Position numbers and translations under genes: made by a program. A DNA stretch of 64,000 bases from assembly GCA_003971905.1 (NCBI GenBank), contig RSEE01000032.1, forward strand, positions 496,001-560,000. The letters are read 5' to 3'. A model generated the notes under the pieces. The model saw only the letters and a list, made by a program, of their open reading frames with translations. It ran no database searches and was not told the origin of the DNA. Shown here one piece after another: positions 47,717 to 61,077 of this stretch. Each line of letters starts with the position of its first letter. Within the stretch, counting starts at the first letter, position 1. The DNA is from Moniliella sp. 'wahieum' (lineage: Eukaryota).

Positions 47717-49224
47717 ATGTCGGTCTCTCCCAACGTAACGAGTGCCACACAGCGCAAGGCCGCTCCCAGCGCCGTGTCCGCCTCAGAGGCCGCGCCCACG
47801 GCTCAGACCAACGCCGAGCCAGTCAAACTGTCCTTCCGCAAGCAGGCACGGTACGACCCCGCGGCCCTCCCCCAAGTGCCCATCCCTGACTTTACCGTCA
47901 AGGATCTGCTCACGGCAATCCCCAAGCATTGCTTTGAGCGTAGTGCGCTCCACTCTAGTCTCTATGTTGTGCAAGACGTGGTTCTCATGTCGGCCGCCTT
48001 CTATGCAGCTACCTACATTGATCCTTTTGTCGCCTCGCTCGACTTCACCAAGTCGCCCGTTGACCCCAGCTGGCTCTCTCTTCCGTCCCAGGAGCGGCTA
48101 CTTTCTTTTGCGCTCTTCTCTGTGTACCAAGTATTCCAGGGCCTGGTCTTTACTGGGCTTTGGGTCAACGCGCACGAGTGTGGGCACCAGGCCTTCAGCT
48201 CTTCCAAGACAATCAACAACACCGTGGGCTTTGTTCTCCACACCTTTCTCCTTGTGCCCTACCATGCATGGCGAATCTCCCACGGTCGTCATCACGCTGC
48301 AACGGGCCACTTGACCCGTGACGAAGCGTTTGTCCCTCGTACGCGTGAGGAGCGTGGGCTCCTTCCCCTTCGGCCCGCGAGCCCAGACGCGGAAGACGGC
48401 ATCCTCAAGGTCCCTTCCAAAGCCGAGCCAAAAGATGGTGCGAGCGTTGCGACTGTTGCTCCTGCTTATGAAGGTGCGGACCTGACATGGGGAGAGTGGT
48501 TGAGCGAATTGCTGGAAGACGCCCGCTGTACAATCTTTTCATGCTCATCGTTCTGCAGCTGATTGGTTGGCAGCTTTACCTTACCGCCAATGCTTCCGGC
48601 CAGCGTCACTACCCCAAGTTTACCAACCACTTCAGCCCGAGCAGCGTCATCTTTGATACCCGTCACAAGTGGCAAATTATTGCGTCGGACATTGGTATCG
48701 CCGTCGTGATTGGCAGCTTGGTCACTGCTTCGTTCCTGGCTCCCAATGGGTTCTGGGACGTCTTCCGCTACTACATTGTCCCTTACATGTGGTGCCACCA
48801 CTGGATTGTCATGATCACCTACCTCCAACACACCGACGCACTCCTGCCCCACTACAAAGCCGAAGAATGGACCTTCCCCCGTGGCGCACTTGCCACCATT
48901 GATCGTGAGTGGCTCTGGCCCATCGGTCCCTTTTTCTTCCATGGCCTTGCCGAGACGCACGTTGCCCACCACATCCACTCCAAGATTCCTCATTACCATG
49001 CCTGGGAAGCCACCCAGGCGCTCAAGAAGAAACTTGGGCCGTACTACGTCCACTCGGACGAGAATGTGTTCCGTACGCTGTGGAAGTCGTTCAAAATCTG
49101 CCGCTTTGTCGACAAGAACGAGAGCATTTGTTTCTACCGCAACGCCCAAGGAATCCCCACCGCGGTGATTGCTAAAAAACCGACAGAGGAGACGTCCGAC
49201 TCGGGCGTGGCTCTCTCTGAATAA
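47717..49224 (+). CDS. FAD2: Delta-12 (omega-6) fatty acid desaturase
   Basis: PDFTVKDLLTAIPKHCFERS, three His boxes (HECGH, HGRHH, HVAHH), ITYLQHTD..LPHY, IPHYHAWEAT. One frameshift near 48525. Confidence 0.93.
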
Positions 49225-51549
49225 TGCTCTCTCTCGTGCATGACGGACTCTTCCTTGTTGGGGGCCGAGCACTTGCCTCCTCTCGTATTCGGTCTGGTTG
49301 GATTATATATCATGCTTTATTGTGGTGAGCCCATCAGGAGCATTGCATGAGCGATGAGTCTTTCGATCTTGAGGCCTTGAAACGCTTCACGTCGCCAGCT
49401 CAGCGTTTCTATTTCTTGTTCACTTATTTTCACCTGCACTTGTTATGGTATCAATTGTGTGTGGCTGGCGTTCATGTGTCCGCATTGTGTAGGAGGTTCT
49501 GCTTGTTCGTGATACACTCTGTTTCTCCATGTCGTTGGCAATGCTTTCATCGAATCGATCTGCTAGATGGGTGTTACGGAGCGCACCGGTTATCTCTTGA
49601 CGCTGAGCGATGCATGTCGTGCTATAGGCATCTCATTCAAACACGCGTCAGTCCCGTTAGATTAGAGAGAGAAAGAGCGGGTGGGACCTACCCCTGGATC
49701 CGGGGGGTTGGCTTCATCCTGGTTTCTATTACGTCTCGTGTTGTCTCCGCGAGGCTCATTCTTCCCTAATAGTGCCTTTCTGGTTTCTGTTGCCTTTGGT
49801 CGTAGCCCAACCGTCGATGCTCCACTCAAACACTCGGCAGTTCCCCTCTTGTCCACCGAGAGTGCGGGGTTGTACGGTACCAGTTCTCGGAAGCGTCCAG
49901 CCGGAACCATCGGTACACAGAACCCTATACTATACGTCCTCGGTATAAAATCTCATCGAAGCTTGTAACAACTATGGATAGCTCTACTGTGAATGGTTCC
50001 GGAACACGCATTATCCCCGCTGTGTTTAGCGTTTTTTGTCGCGTCCAGTGCGTCTAATGATGCATTGTGCCTTGCAGATCTTGCATTCTGCTGTCTCTTG
50101 CGCCCACACCGCTATTACGACTCGGGTCAAAGTAGTTGGTACGCCCTGCCCCCCAGCCTAACCCTTACCGGCGGTTATATACGCTCCTAAGCTTCAGCGC
50201 CACGCATTCCACCTCCTTTCCCGTCCATCCATGACAACGGGGGCCTAGCCGACCATTATGCATTACACCGCCTCACTGACCACACTTCTACCTTCACTGC
50301 ATCTTCGTTTGCACTGCATTCTTGCATGAGGCCCATCGTTTTCTTCGAGGCTACATGTCACGCTGCGAGAGAGAGTAGATAGATTTAATTCGTCGCCTAT
50401 CCGTCGCCATACCTTCTGCTGCAGCGCAACGCCTAGTATTGGTGTGACGATTACGGGGCAATTCATGCTCACAGACCAGAGAGAGAGCGTGGCAGTGCTG
50501 GCTATTTGACAGGTTGGACCATGGAATGGGGGTATGCTCGAAAAAGACAGGACTTTGGCCAGGCGTTGGTCTAGCGATGAGTGGGTCAGAAGCGCCGGGG
50601 TGGTCGGTTGCAGACTGCGTTAATGACTGTTTATCTAGAAATTGTCGCACTATACCTTCGCTGCGAGGCCCTAGAAGGTCCCAGGCCTCTGCGGCGGATC
50701 GTCGGGAGAGATGACATCGATGACAAAATGACGCGAACGAATGGGCGGGATGCATGATGATGGCCGCCTGACCAGTGACAACTCCAGAACCGCAGCAGGC
50801 GTCCCACACGCTCCCACACCATGCACCCGGCACGAGAGTGGGATGGGTGCCGTCTTCGGCAATGGTTGATTTCATGACAGCTGCGCGTGGCTTGGGGCCG
50901 GCAACCCTAGCGTCCACCCCCCGTCGTGCCCCGCACCAGGCCAGCCAACTCCGTCGGAGCCACCTGCTGCGGTTGGACGCACCGGTGACGATCACGTGTG
51001 ACAGTCACCTGTCTTCGCCGGCACGGAGGCGACGCGCGACGGGGGCGGGATAGCGGATAGCCGATGGCCGGCAGCCGATAGCTGGTGATCGATGAGTCTG
51101 ACTGGGCAGCGGCGAGCGTGCGTACTGAGTGTCAGACGCACGCTGCTGGGCTGCGGAGTCAGCTGGGCGGCGCCAGAGCAGCCAGAGCAGCCAGCGCCGC
51201 CCAGAGCGGCAGCAGCAACGCAACACCACCATAGGGCCCTCCCAGCCAGCGCACGGGGGCAGTGCCTGGTGACGCGGCCCCACGGCTGCGCTCAGCGCAA
51301 CGTACAGCGTCGCCCCCGTCAGCAGCAGCCAGTATGCATTTGCACTAGCCATGGGCTCCACGGCAAGGCGGCCGCGCAGGCGCCACCCAGCCTGCCCCGT
51401 GCTGTCCAGTGCGGCACGCTGCGGCGGCGCCAGACGCGCGGGCGGCTCCCGCTGGCACGGCGCCAGTGTAGCCCAGGAACGGGTGCTGCTGACTGTGACA
51501 GATTCACGCATTCAATATTCTTGCAGACAGCCTCCCAGCACGCTTCCCT

Positions 51550-51702
51550 GCCCCCACCACCACCGCCTCCTCCTCCCTTGTCTCCACCACCACCGCCGCC
51601 TCCTCCTCCTCCTCTCTCCCCTCCTCCTCCTTCTTCTCTCCTCTCCTCCTCCTTCTTCTCCTCCTCCTCCTCCTTCTTCTCCTCCTCCTCCTCCTCCTAC
51701 TC
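51550..51702. repeat. (CCA/CCT/CTT)n trinucleotide low-complexity tract in the 5' leader of the RRM gene
   Basis: About 150 nt of ccacca..cctcctcct..ttcttctcc directly before ATG 51728. Confidence 0.85.
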
Positions 51703-51727
51703 CGCGCCCTCGTCCGCCATCCCCACC

Positions 51728-54700
51728 ATGGCCAGCGTCAGCTTGACCGAGGCCACGCCCACCGCACACTATACGCCCCTGCCACCGCCCGCTTCCAGCG
51801 CTGCCCCCGCTCTCACCCACCTCACCCTGCCTCGTCTCGCGGCACCGCCCTTGTCACCAGAAGCGTCGGGGCCGTGTCGGCCGCTGCCGCTGCCGCCGCG
51901 GTGCTGCCGCCACCTGAGCCCCGCTTTCCCTACGACAACGAGTACAGCGTCTTTGTCGCCGACTTGGCCCCTACTTTGCGCGAAGAAGACCTGGTCGCCC
52001 AGTTTATCCACCCACCTCCCTGGCCTCCGCGTCATCCCCTCGCTCTAGCATCCCAACACCACATTCCCCACGATGGGCAGGTTCGAATTGGACCTGCCCC
52101 CTTCCAGTCCACCAAAGGTGCCAAGGTTTGTCTCCTCCCGTCCTTTCCGCTCGAGGCGGCCAGAACCGGCCCCGCGTCTCCGCTGTTTCACACTGACTCT
52201 GCTAACCCATCTTTCTCCCCTTCTCCCAGATCATGACCGACCCCGTCACACAACAGTCCCGTGGATTTGGATTTGTTCGCTTCTATGATCAGCAGGACGC
52301 GCAGCGCGCGTTGATCGAGATGCAGGGCGTCTACATCCAACCTCTCGATGGCTCCACCACTGCCCGCCCCTTGCGCGTCTCCCCCGCCACCCCCAAGAAG
52401 CATCATCACATCCCCTTCACTCCCTTGCCCCAGCCCTACCCGCCCCCGCAGGATTATGCCAAAGCGGACAACCGTCTCTTGATGCAGGCGAATGCTACCG
52501 CTGCTGCTGCGGCTGCCGCCACTCTCCAATCGGAAGCGGGCCTGCCTCCTCTTCCCTCGTGGAGCGTGAGCTCGATCGACCTGTTCCTGAGCGTCTTGTT
52601 TCCCATGCCGACACAGCCAGCGCTCTTGACCCCACCAATGCGACGGTGTTTGTGGGTGGGCTGAATCCCGGAGTGCAGGAGGACGCGCTGCGGACGTTGT
52701 TTGCGCCGTTTGGCGAGATCGCTTATGTGAAAATTCCCCGCGGTAAGGGATGTGGATTTGTCGCGTTTGCGCGCAAGCAAGATGCCCAACGGGCTATTGA
52801 TCGTATGGCGGGCTTCCCTATCCAGGGCTCCCGCATTCGTCTGTCATGGGCCGGTCCCAGTCGGACAAGGCAGCAGCGGGCGCTCAAGCTGTTCTACTCG
52901 CTCAAGCCCATGCCCAGGCTCAGACACGTCTCTTGCAGCATCGCCTTGCTCTCGGGCAAGGCCAAGCGCCAGGAGGGCTGGACACTGATCTTGCAGCGGG
53001 CTTGCCCGGCCTTACCAGCCCTTCCCCACCCTACCTTCATCCGCTCCAACAGCACCAGCAATCGCTCCCTCCCCACAACGGCCGTGCCCCCGACCCATCG
53101 TGGCAATCGCACTCTGCCTCTCTTAACGATGGCGATGGATGGTATGCCCACACTCAGGCACCCAGCTCATCGGCCGCTGCACCGGCCGAGCCATTGCCCG
53201 GGGCAAACGGAAACCTGGGAGGCACCTTGGATGCCCCTGCGACGTTGGCGCTGCATGACCTGCCGCTGGATCCTGCGCTACGGGAGCGGGCCCTTCTGGA
53301 TCCTGCATTGCTCGCCCTCCTCTCTAACATCAGTTCGGCGCAACATGAGTCTCCCCCCGCCGCCAGCCGCGGTCCGTCGGGCGCGGCGCCCACTTCCCCC
53401 CCCGGCCTGCCGCCCATGCCAGGCATGGCTTCAGCGCAGGGAGGGGCGGCGCCGGGCGCACTTCTCGACCCTCTGGGGGAAGCCTATTGGGCCGAGTCCC
53501 GGTCGACGGGGCAACGCGATCGGGCGTACTCAGACACGTACGACCTGGGCTTAAACGCGCGCAGCGCCCCGTTTACTCCGCCCGGAGCCGCGCCTCAAAC
53601 GGCGCCGATGGGCTACAGTGAGTTTGCTCCGCTCTCCAACACGTCCGAGTGGACTCCGGGTTTGTTGGATGCGGATTTGGCTGCGGCGGCGCTGCATCGG
53701 ACACCTTCGTCGCGTACCGAGCCTAGTGCTTCGCTCTCCCTCTCCCGCCCTTGTCTGGTATGGGGGGCCCGCCTCTCACCCGCTCCGTGTCTCAGCGGGT
53801 TCCCCATCGTTCCTCCGTCTCAGCCCGCTCTCAGATGGCTTTTTCACCCACCTGGGCCGGTGCTGGGCCGCATGGGTCGAGCGCGTCGGACCATGCATCG
53901 CAGCCGAACGTAAATGCGTGGGTGGCGGCTTTGCAATCGGAACGCGAGAGCCTTCCTTCTTTCTCCACGGACCGGGAATGGAACCACGGGCGCGAGGACC
54001 ACCAGGTGCGTCGGGGGCTGATGGCTCCTTCGGGTATCGCTTCGGTCAATTCACACGAAAGGGGGGCGGATGACCGGGTGACACAGCAGTTGCGGCAACA
54101 ACAACTCGAGCAATATGCACTGGGTCCAGCATGCACAGGCACAAAGTCACCAAGTTCAAGCTCAAGCTCAAGCACGCGCCCAGGCACAAGCAGCCCAAGC
54201 TCGGGCCCAAGCGCAAGGGACACACCAGTACCGCCCCCCTCTTCCTCCGTCGGCACCTGAGTATGACCCCGACTATGCCTACAACCAGGACTATTTCCGT
54301 CCTGCCATGCGTGTGGCTGGCAGGCCGGACCAAGTGGATTTGGTTGGCCACCGTGCATCGGAGCAGGCAGATGTCATGACTCGCTCCACCTCCTGGGGTT
54401 CGCAAGCTGGTGCCCTGCCAAGTAGGGGGGACTCTTGGCCTGCCTCCTCTACCCGGTGCAGTGACGATGTGCAGGCCGTGTCAGGCCTATTGGCCCGGCT
54501 CGACATGGACGCGGACACCAAAGTGGGGCCGCAGCCGTCTGCATCACAGGCATCTGCCGTTGCTGTTCCTACTGTCCCCTCCTCCCTCTCAGCGACGGCG
54601 CGTGGTCATCCGCACCCTCCCCGGTTCCTTCTCACTCCTCGGCCAGCACCTCCGCCCGAGCTGCATCGCCGATGGCGCCTCTTTCGGACAAGGCGGCGGA

Positions 54701-54857
54701 CGAGGTGCAGGCCGGCGTGCGAGCTTCTTCCCCCCTAAGCCTTCTTAAGGCTTCGACCTTTGCGCCTTTCAGTCCATTCCAATCGCCCCTGGTGCAAGCA
54801 GGGGACCTGCCTGAACAGGCGCATGACAACCTTTCTTTTCATTCTGCGTCCCGTTGA
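51728..54857 (+). CDS. Nam8/Ngr1/Csx1-like RRM RNA-binding protein with long low-complexity C-terminus
   Basis: RRM1: EYSVFVADLAP..STKGAK/IMTDPVTQQSRGFGFVRF..QRALIEMQG..RPLRVSPATPK. RRM2: DPTNATVFVGGL..FAPFGEIAYVKIPRGKGCGFVAF..GSRIRLSWGRSQ. Intron 52126..52229. The 3' end (TGA 54857) is inferred through frameshifts. Confidence 0.85.
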
Positions 54858-56158
54858 AAGTCGCCTCGCCCACCCCTACGTCTTGATTCAATCTTGATGT
54901 TCCGTATTGCTTCGCACCCGATTCGCTGAAGATACCTCGATACCGGTTTCTGTTTCGCCTCGTTTTTTTTTTTCCCTTGCCTCGCCTCGCCTACTTGGAA
55001 CCATTGAATTCTACCTGGACCGGCCCATGTACCCCCCTCCTGTCCACGATCGTTGCGCCCTCTCATTTCACTTGCCTCAACACGTCCCTTTTGTCCGGAC
55101 CGCGGCAGCGCCGCTGCATGCCTTTCCACATGGCTCGCACTTCGGTCTATCGGCGTTGCCTCGGCACAAGCCTCCACCACCCCCCCATACCTTTTTTTCC
55201 GGATCTTTGACCCTCGCCTCCCCTTCCCATTGCTCCGTACTTTCGCCGGCGTCCGACCTGTCTTCGCCACGCCTTGAGATTTCCTGTTTTCTGCACTTGT
55301 CCTGCTCTGTCCACAACCCCTGTCGATTTAACCCCTGTACGTGGGGTAATGATCTCGTTTTCGTTCCCGCTTTGCTTCGTTCCTCGTCGCCTTTCCTCGC
55401 TCTCTCTTTCCCACCTCGCTTACCCTCATATCTCCCTTGCGTCGGAACCACGATCGTTTCTGTTTGGCTGTGATCTACCCCTCTACCCCTTTTTCTTTTT
55501 TCCCTGCCGCGTTCTCTACAGTGGAAACCTGCCCGCTCCGCCTTCCCTCCTCTCTCGCGTTCCTGGTTCCCATGCATCTTTCCCCACCCCCGTCAGTCTC
55601 TGTGGCCATATGTCGTCGGCTTCCGCCTCCTGGTTTCCTCTACAGCAACCTAGATGTTCTTGGATCTAGTCAGGGCCTGCATTCAGGATCGAATAGGGGG
55701 GAGAGATAGTAGACGTTCCGTCCTAATAGCCAACGAAAGACACCGGTGTCCCCCAAGGCCACGACTCAAGTCTCTCTGCCCGGTCTCAAGAGAAGTAGAG
55801 ATAGACGGCCTAGGAGTGGTGACTTCACAGTCTGAGTAGCCCTTCTCCCTTCTCAGCCGCCCGCTGCCGCTGTCGTGCCTACCACCGAAAACGAACAGGG
55901 GCATAACTCAACAGTCTCTGTACCTGCCCCCAAATATTTCTCGCAACCACAGCAACCTGCGAACAGGATCACGGGCGTATCGAGAGCTGATGGGGAGGGA
56001 GGGGGGGGGGGAGGGTTGTGATTAGCTCGCGGAATGAGCTAGGAATCCAAATTGGGTGGGCTCTCGACCATCGATCATGATCAGCCCCTCCCACCTCGCC
56101 GCATCGTTGCTGTCACAGGTAATTGATTTCCCTCTGCATATGCCATCGCCCGTCCTAC

Positions 56159-56941
56159 CTAGGCAGGCCAAGCCACGCTGCCCTGACTCCACCTCTCAGA
56201 GAGCAGCGCACGGCGATGGTAGCGCACACGCAGAGCCTGGAACCGACGCAAAAACTGTGCCGTGTCCGGCGGGGAAGCGGCGCCCGTATCGTCCGGAAGG
56301 GACCGCCTCCACATAGGCATTGGCCAACGCTTCCGACTCGTCCCAGATGCGCGTGGTGCCCTGGGCCATCTTGGCATGCAACGCACCGGGTGTGAATTGG
56401 TGGTAGGCCTCGGACAGCGCTGGCTCCAGCTGCTGGGACCAAATTTGGTCAGCGCCCTGCGCTTGGGCTAGGTACCGTTCCGTGTCCCTCCGCAACGCTT
56501 CGAGCGGCGCTTGCTCCGCCTCGTTCCTTCCTGCAGACAGAGGGGAGGGATTATCGATTAGCAGAGGAGAGAAAGCGAGAGGCACAGCAGATGGGGAACG
56601 TACGCGCTTTGGTTTCAATGCTCTGCAGCAGCTCGTCGTGCTGCGCCAAGCGCGCTTGGACAACCGGCAGACAAAGGATGTAGGCCTCCAGCAGCGAATC
56701 CTCGGCCTCTTCGGGCTCGGCAACAAGCGCCTCGATCTCCGCTCGTGGAAGCTGGCCCAGGGTGGGAAAGTCGCGGGTCAAAGGCGTGTCCAGAGCGGGG
56801 GGCGGAGGAGGGCCGGCTGGCAGGCGGGACGGCGGGGGGCAGCGAGGGGGCTGGCAGGCTGAGGGGGGGCAGGCGGAAGAGCGGGTGGCAAGGTGCTGGT
56901 GGCCGCGGCAGCGGGGAGGTGGCGACGGGGTCGGATGGCAT
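56159..56941 (-). CDS. VPS37: ESCRT-I subunit Vps37/Srn2 (Mod(r) domain)
   Basis: LTRDFPTLGQLPRAEIEALV..LLEAYILCLPVVQ, a coiled coil, FTPGALHAKMAQGTTRIWDESEALANAYV, FLRRFQALRVRYHRRAL. Intron 56531..56603. Confidence 0.82.
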
Positions 56942-57685
56942 GGCGACGGGTGGGGGGGAGGCAACACAACAGGCGCGAGGCGGGCGGATCCAAGCGGGCC
57001 GAGGCGAGCTGGTGGGCGTTGGAAAGGAGTCCCAGGGGAGCCAATGGAGCAGCGCATCGCGCTAATCAAGCAACGACGCCGACTGCGATCACGTGTCACG
57101 TGCTGGCGAGGGTGGCCACACCTGGGTGCGATGGAACTGCAACGCATAATGGCTGCTGGCAGAATTGAACATTGCAAGTACGAGCGGCAGCCCCCGGTGG
57201 CGCAGGCAGGCGGGGGGCTGTGTGGGTGTGCGCCAACCCTACCGCACTCCACGTCGCGGGGTGGCGCCTGTGTGCATGCGGCGCCCGACACTCGTCCTGC
57301 GCGACGCCTGGCTCGAGGGGCTGTGTGGCGGAGGCTGGCGCCGTGCGGGCGCAGAGTGTGGCTGGGGAGGCTGGGCGGCAGGCGGGCACTGTTGGGCCGT
57401 GCCGCAGTCGCTAGGCCGCAGGGGTGCGCTGTTCCAAGTAGATCGGATGGAACCACTCGCTACCCAAGACAGACGCTGCTTCTCTTCTCTCGCCTGCTCT
57501 CCTCTGCCCCTCGCCTCTGCCCTTCGCCTCTCCCCCTCCGCTCCTCTTCCGCGGCCTGGTTTGCCGCCGTCTGTGCCACCCTCTCCCTCTCCCTGCCCAT
57601 CTCCATCCCCGTCCCCATCCTCATCCTCATCCCCTCGCGCTGGCGCGTTGATCCCGTCTCTCTCTCTCTCCCCCCCCTCCCCCCC

Positions 57686-60600
57686 ATGCTGCGCCTCTTC
57701 TGCTGCGTCTTGCTGTCTCTCGCTGCCGCGCTCGCACCCGCGGCGGCCGCCGGCCCGGCTGCTGTGCACCAGGCCCTCTCCCTCCGCGCCCAGCTGCCCC
57801 CGCTCGCCCACGTGGGCCAGCCCTACCACTGGGCCCTGGACCCAGCCACCTTTGTCGCTACCGACGGCCGGCCCCTCGTCTTCTCCGTCGCTGGACTGCC
57901 TCCGTGGTGCTCGTTCGACAACCGCACCCTGACCTTCACTGGCACCCCGCCCACCCCCGCCCCGCATCCCCCGCGTCACCCTCTCCGCCCTTGCCATCGG
58001 CAGTGCCGATGGTGTGCTACCCCACTCAGATTCCTTCCAGCTCAAGACACTGCAGGCGCCGGCGCCCACAGTGCAGCACCGCTGGACCAGCAGCTCCCTT
58101 CCCTTCCCTTCGCCCAAGCCTATCCGCACCATATCCTCTCCGACGGGTCGCTGTGGCTGCCGCTTGGCTGGAGCTTCTCGCTCGGCTTCCAAGGCGATTC
58201 GTTTGTTGTCGCCGACGACGCCACCTCGGTCTACTGGACGGCCCAGGCCGAGGACCATACAGCCCTACCTCCCTGGCTCCACTTTTCCTCCTCGACCTAC
58301 ACATTTTATGGCGTCGCACCCCTCGTCCCCACCACGATCAACGTGACCGTAACCGCTTCAAACGTGCCTGGGTACGGTGGCGCGTCAAGCAGCTTTACTC
58401 TGGTTGTGGCGGCCCATGTGTTGTCGGCGGCGGGACCGTTGGCCGCCGCCAATGCTACCGTTGGCGCACCGTTCAACTACACGTTGCCCCGTTCTGGATT
58501 GGAGCTGGATGGGTCTCCGTCTTCCCTTAACCAATCTATGATCCAGTCCCTCACTGCCAACGCCAATACTTCGGGCCTTTCTTGGCTCGCCTTTGACCCA
58601 GCCACTTGGTCCTTCTCCGGCACCCCCCCGCCCAGCACCAATCTCAGCTCCCCGACCAGTTACACCATCCCGGTCGAACTTGCTTTGGCCTCGCCTAATG
58701 CTACCGCCAGCTTGCAGCAAATCATCAACGTGTACCCAGCGTTGCTCACCACTCCGAGCTTGCCTGACGTCCATGCTACCTCTGGCAGCGATTTCTCATA
58801 TGACCTTTCTCCCTACTTGACCTCCTCTGCCTCTGCCGTTCCAACTGCGGCAATTCAAGTCGCGACGCAAGGAGGACCGACCTGGCTACACACCAACTCC
58901 ACCGATGGGCTTCGCTTGGTGGGAACTGTCCCAGCGGATGGAGAAGGGAACAGTACAGTGACGGTCACTGTCTCTCGTCCCGTTGGTGCCGGATTCAATT
59001 GGACCAGCACAGCGACAATGAGGCTCCTCGTGGCTCCCAGTTCTCCCTTTCTCCTCCTCTTCTTCTTCATCTTCCTCTCCGTCCTCTCCTTCGTCCACAT
59101 CCTCTTCCCCACCCTTGGGTACTACGGGTCATCGCCGTGCGAACCACCTTGGTCTTGGGTTGGGACTGGGGCTCGGCTTGGGCCTGCCCTTGCTGCTCGC
59201 CCTGTTGGCACTACTACTTTGCTGCTGTCGCCGAACACGCAAGGCGGCGCAGCGTCTCCCCCAGCCGACATGGTGGGTACTTCGGCAGTCCCCGCTTCGG
59301 CTAGCATGTGGCGCTCACAAGCAGTGCTGCCGACATGGCCGGTGGCAAGGGGAGCCGGGGCCGACCTGCAGGAGGCGCAGCTGGTTCAACGACCCATCAC
59401 GGTCCTGCCGCCAGCCTGGGCGCCTTCTTTGCTGCTGCCCCATGGTCTCGACGCAAAGCGTCTCCTACCGCGTTCTCTTCTCCCGCTGAGAACCCATCTC
59501 GAGCGTCGGACGAATCGTTTGGTTCTCCGTTCCACCATCTCTCCACTGGCTCGTTGCCTATTCGGTCTTCCGTTTCCCCGACCAGTCTGGCAGGAACAGG
59601 CGTCAAGCCGTACCGCACCCACTCTACCACTTTGAGCAACTTCAGCGGCGCTGGCTCCCTGGGTGACCAGGCGACCGTCGCAGCCACCGCAGCCGCCTTC
59701 TCTGCTGGCGCCGCACGGGATACCCCCACCCCGACGGACTACTCCGCTACTACAGTCCGGCAGGAACCACGGTGGGCGCTCCCTTGGCAGGCGGGGTTGC
59801 GCGACCGCCAACTGAACCCCCTCGACTGCTGATCCGTGGGGCCACCGTCGCCATGGTCGTTCTTCTTCGCTTGCCTCGAGCCTTGCCTTTGGTTCTGACT
59901 CTTCGGGCCTGCGCACCCGCCGGCCTATGCCCGGTTCCACGCGCGACTCGACCATCATCCCCGCCGCCGCATTCCGGGGACGGGGGAATCCGGCCCAAGG
60001 AACTGCGGAAGGTGCCGAAGGCTCGAGTGGTGCGCCCTCGAAACCGTCGCCTAGCCCCAGCCCTGATTCGTCCTTGTTTGCCGATGGGGCGGATGTGGAA
60101 GAGACCATGGCCGATCAGGTGCCAGTGAGGACAAGTGTGCTGAGCTATGTGAACCCGAGCGATGCTCGCCCCGATGCTCATCCCACGGCAGAACTCTTTC
60201 TCCTCACTCGGTGTACAGCCAAGACATGCCCGTACCTACTTCGGCTCCCTCTTCGAATGCTGGGTTATCCCAGGCCCGCTCAGCCAATCCTTTTGGTTCT
60301 GCGTTCGTCCCGTCGCCCGACCCAGCATTGACGTTGGGACCCACCGTGGGGAACGACGGAGAGGTTGGGGCTCCCATCTCGGCCTTAGGGGGACCGTCTG
60401 GGGGTCGGCCGACGGTGACCTCGGACGTTGCCGAAGCACGGGAGATGGACATTTCTCTGGCTCAGGCCGAATTGTTCTTGTCGGATATGCCGGTCCAACA
60501 TGTAGTAGGCTATGCTGGCTTGCCCTTCTCGGCTCCTCTCCAGCTAGTTACCCCTTCGTCCTCCTGGGGGGCCAGCTCGCGCTCATATTACCCGGCTCGC

Positions 60601-61077
60601 TCCGCCCGTCGCACCCACGCCCTCGTCCTTGACGACCGGGAAGCACCGAACACCTTACTTACCCCCCCTGGCTTACCTGGCTCCACTGGGACGAGCGCTC
60701 TGGCCTGCTGACCGGCGTCATCCCCGCTTTGGACACAACGGCTCGGATCCCTCTTGCGCTGCTCTCGATCCCTGCGCCCGCGCTGTCCCCATCCCGTCCG
60801 TTGGTACCCTGTCGGCACTGCGCACGCCTCGCACAGGATCCACCACAGGCTCGCCCGCTTCTACCTCGGCGGCCACCCGCCCCGCGCACGCACCTCGCCG
60901 ATCCCGCCCCGCCGCTTCTGCCTTTACCTCCTTCTTCGTCCCCTACCTCCTCTCGTTTCGTCCCCGGTCGCTTGCCCGTCCCCGCTGGGCCAGGACCGAG
61001 ATATGGTCGCTCGCTTCACACTCGAGTTGCGGCCCGGGCCGGACCTAGCGTCGCAGCCGGGCCTGGCTCTGGCGTAG
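57686..61077 (+). CDS. AXL2: Axl2-like type I membrane protein with cadherin-like (He_PIG/CADG) Ig repeats
   Basis: Signal peptide, QLPPLAHVGQPYHW, LPPWCSFDNRTLTFTGTP, LPLGWSFSLGF, LPPWLHFSSSTYTFYG, WLAFDPATWSFSGTP, WLH..LRLVGTVP, TM GLGLGLGLPLLLALLALLLCCCRR (~59148-59235), and a long cytoplasmic tail ending ..MVARFTLELRPGPDLASQPGLALA*. Confidence 0.8.

Noticed and set aside
49225..51550. ncRNA (snoRNA/snRNA/5S) or gene in the 2.3-kb interval after FAD2
   Set aside because: No recognisable conserved RNA motifs, and the ORFs lack domain signatures.
55991..56016. G-rich tract as a functional G-quadruplex
   Set aside because: Homopolymer length is unreliable in this assembly and there is no other support.
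56762..57685. N-terminal ~300 aa of the 957-aa ORF
   Set aside because: It overlaps VPS37 antisense and the promoter. The signal peptide marks ATG 57686 as the real start.
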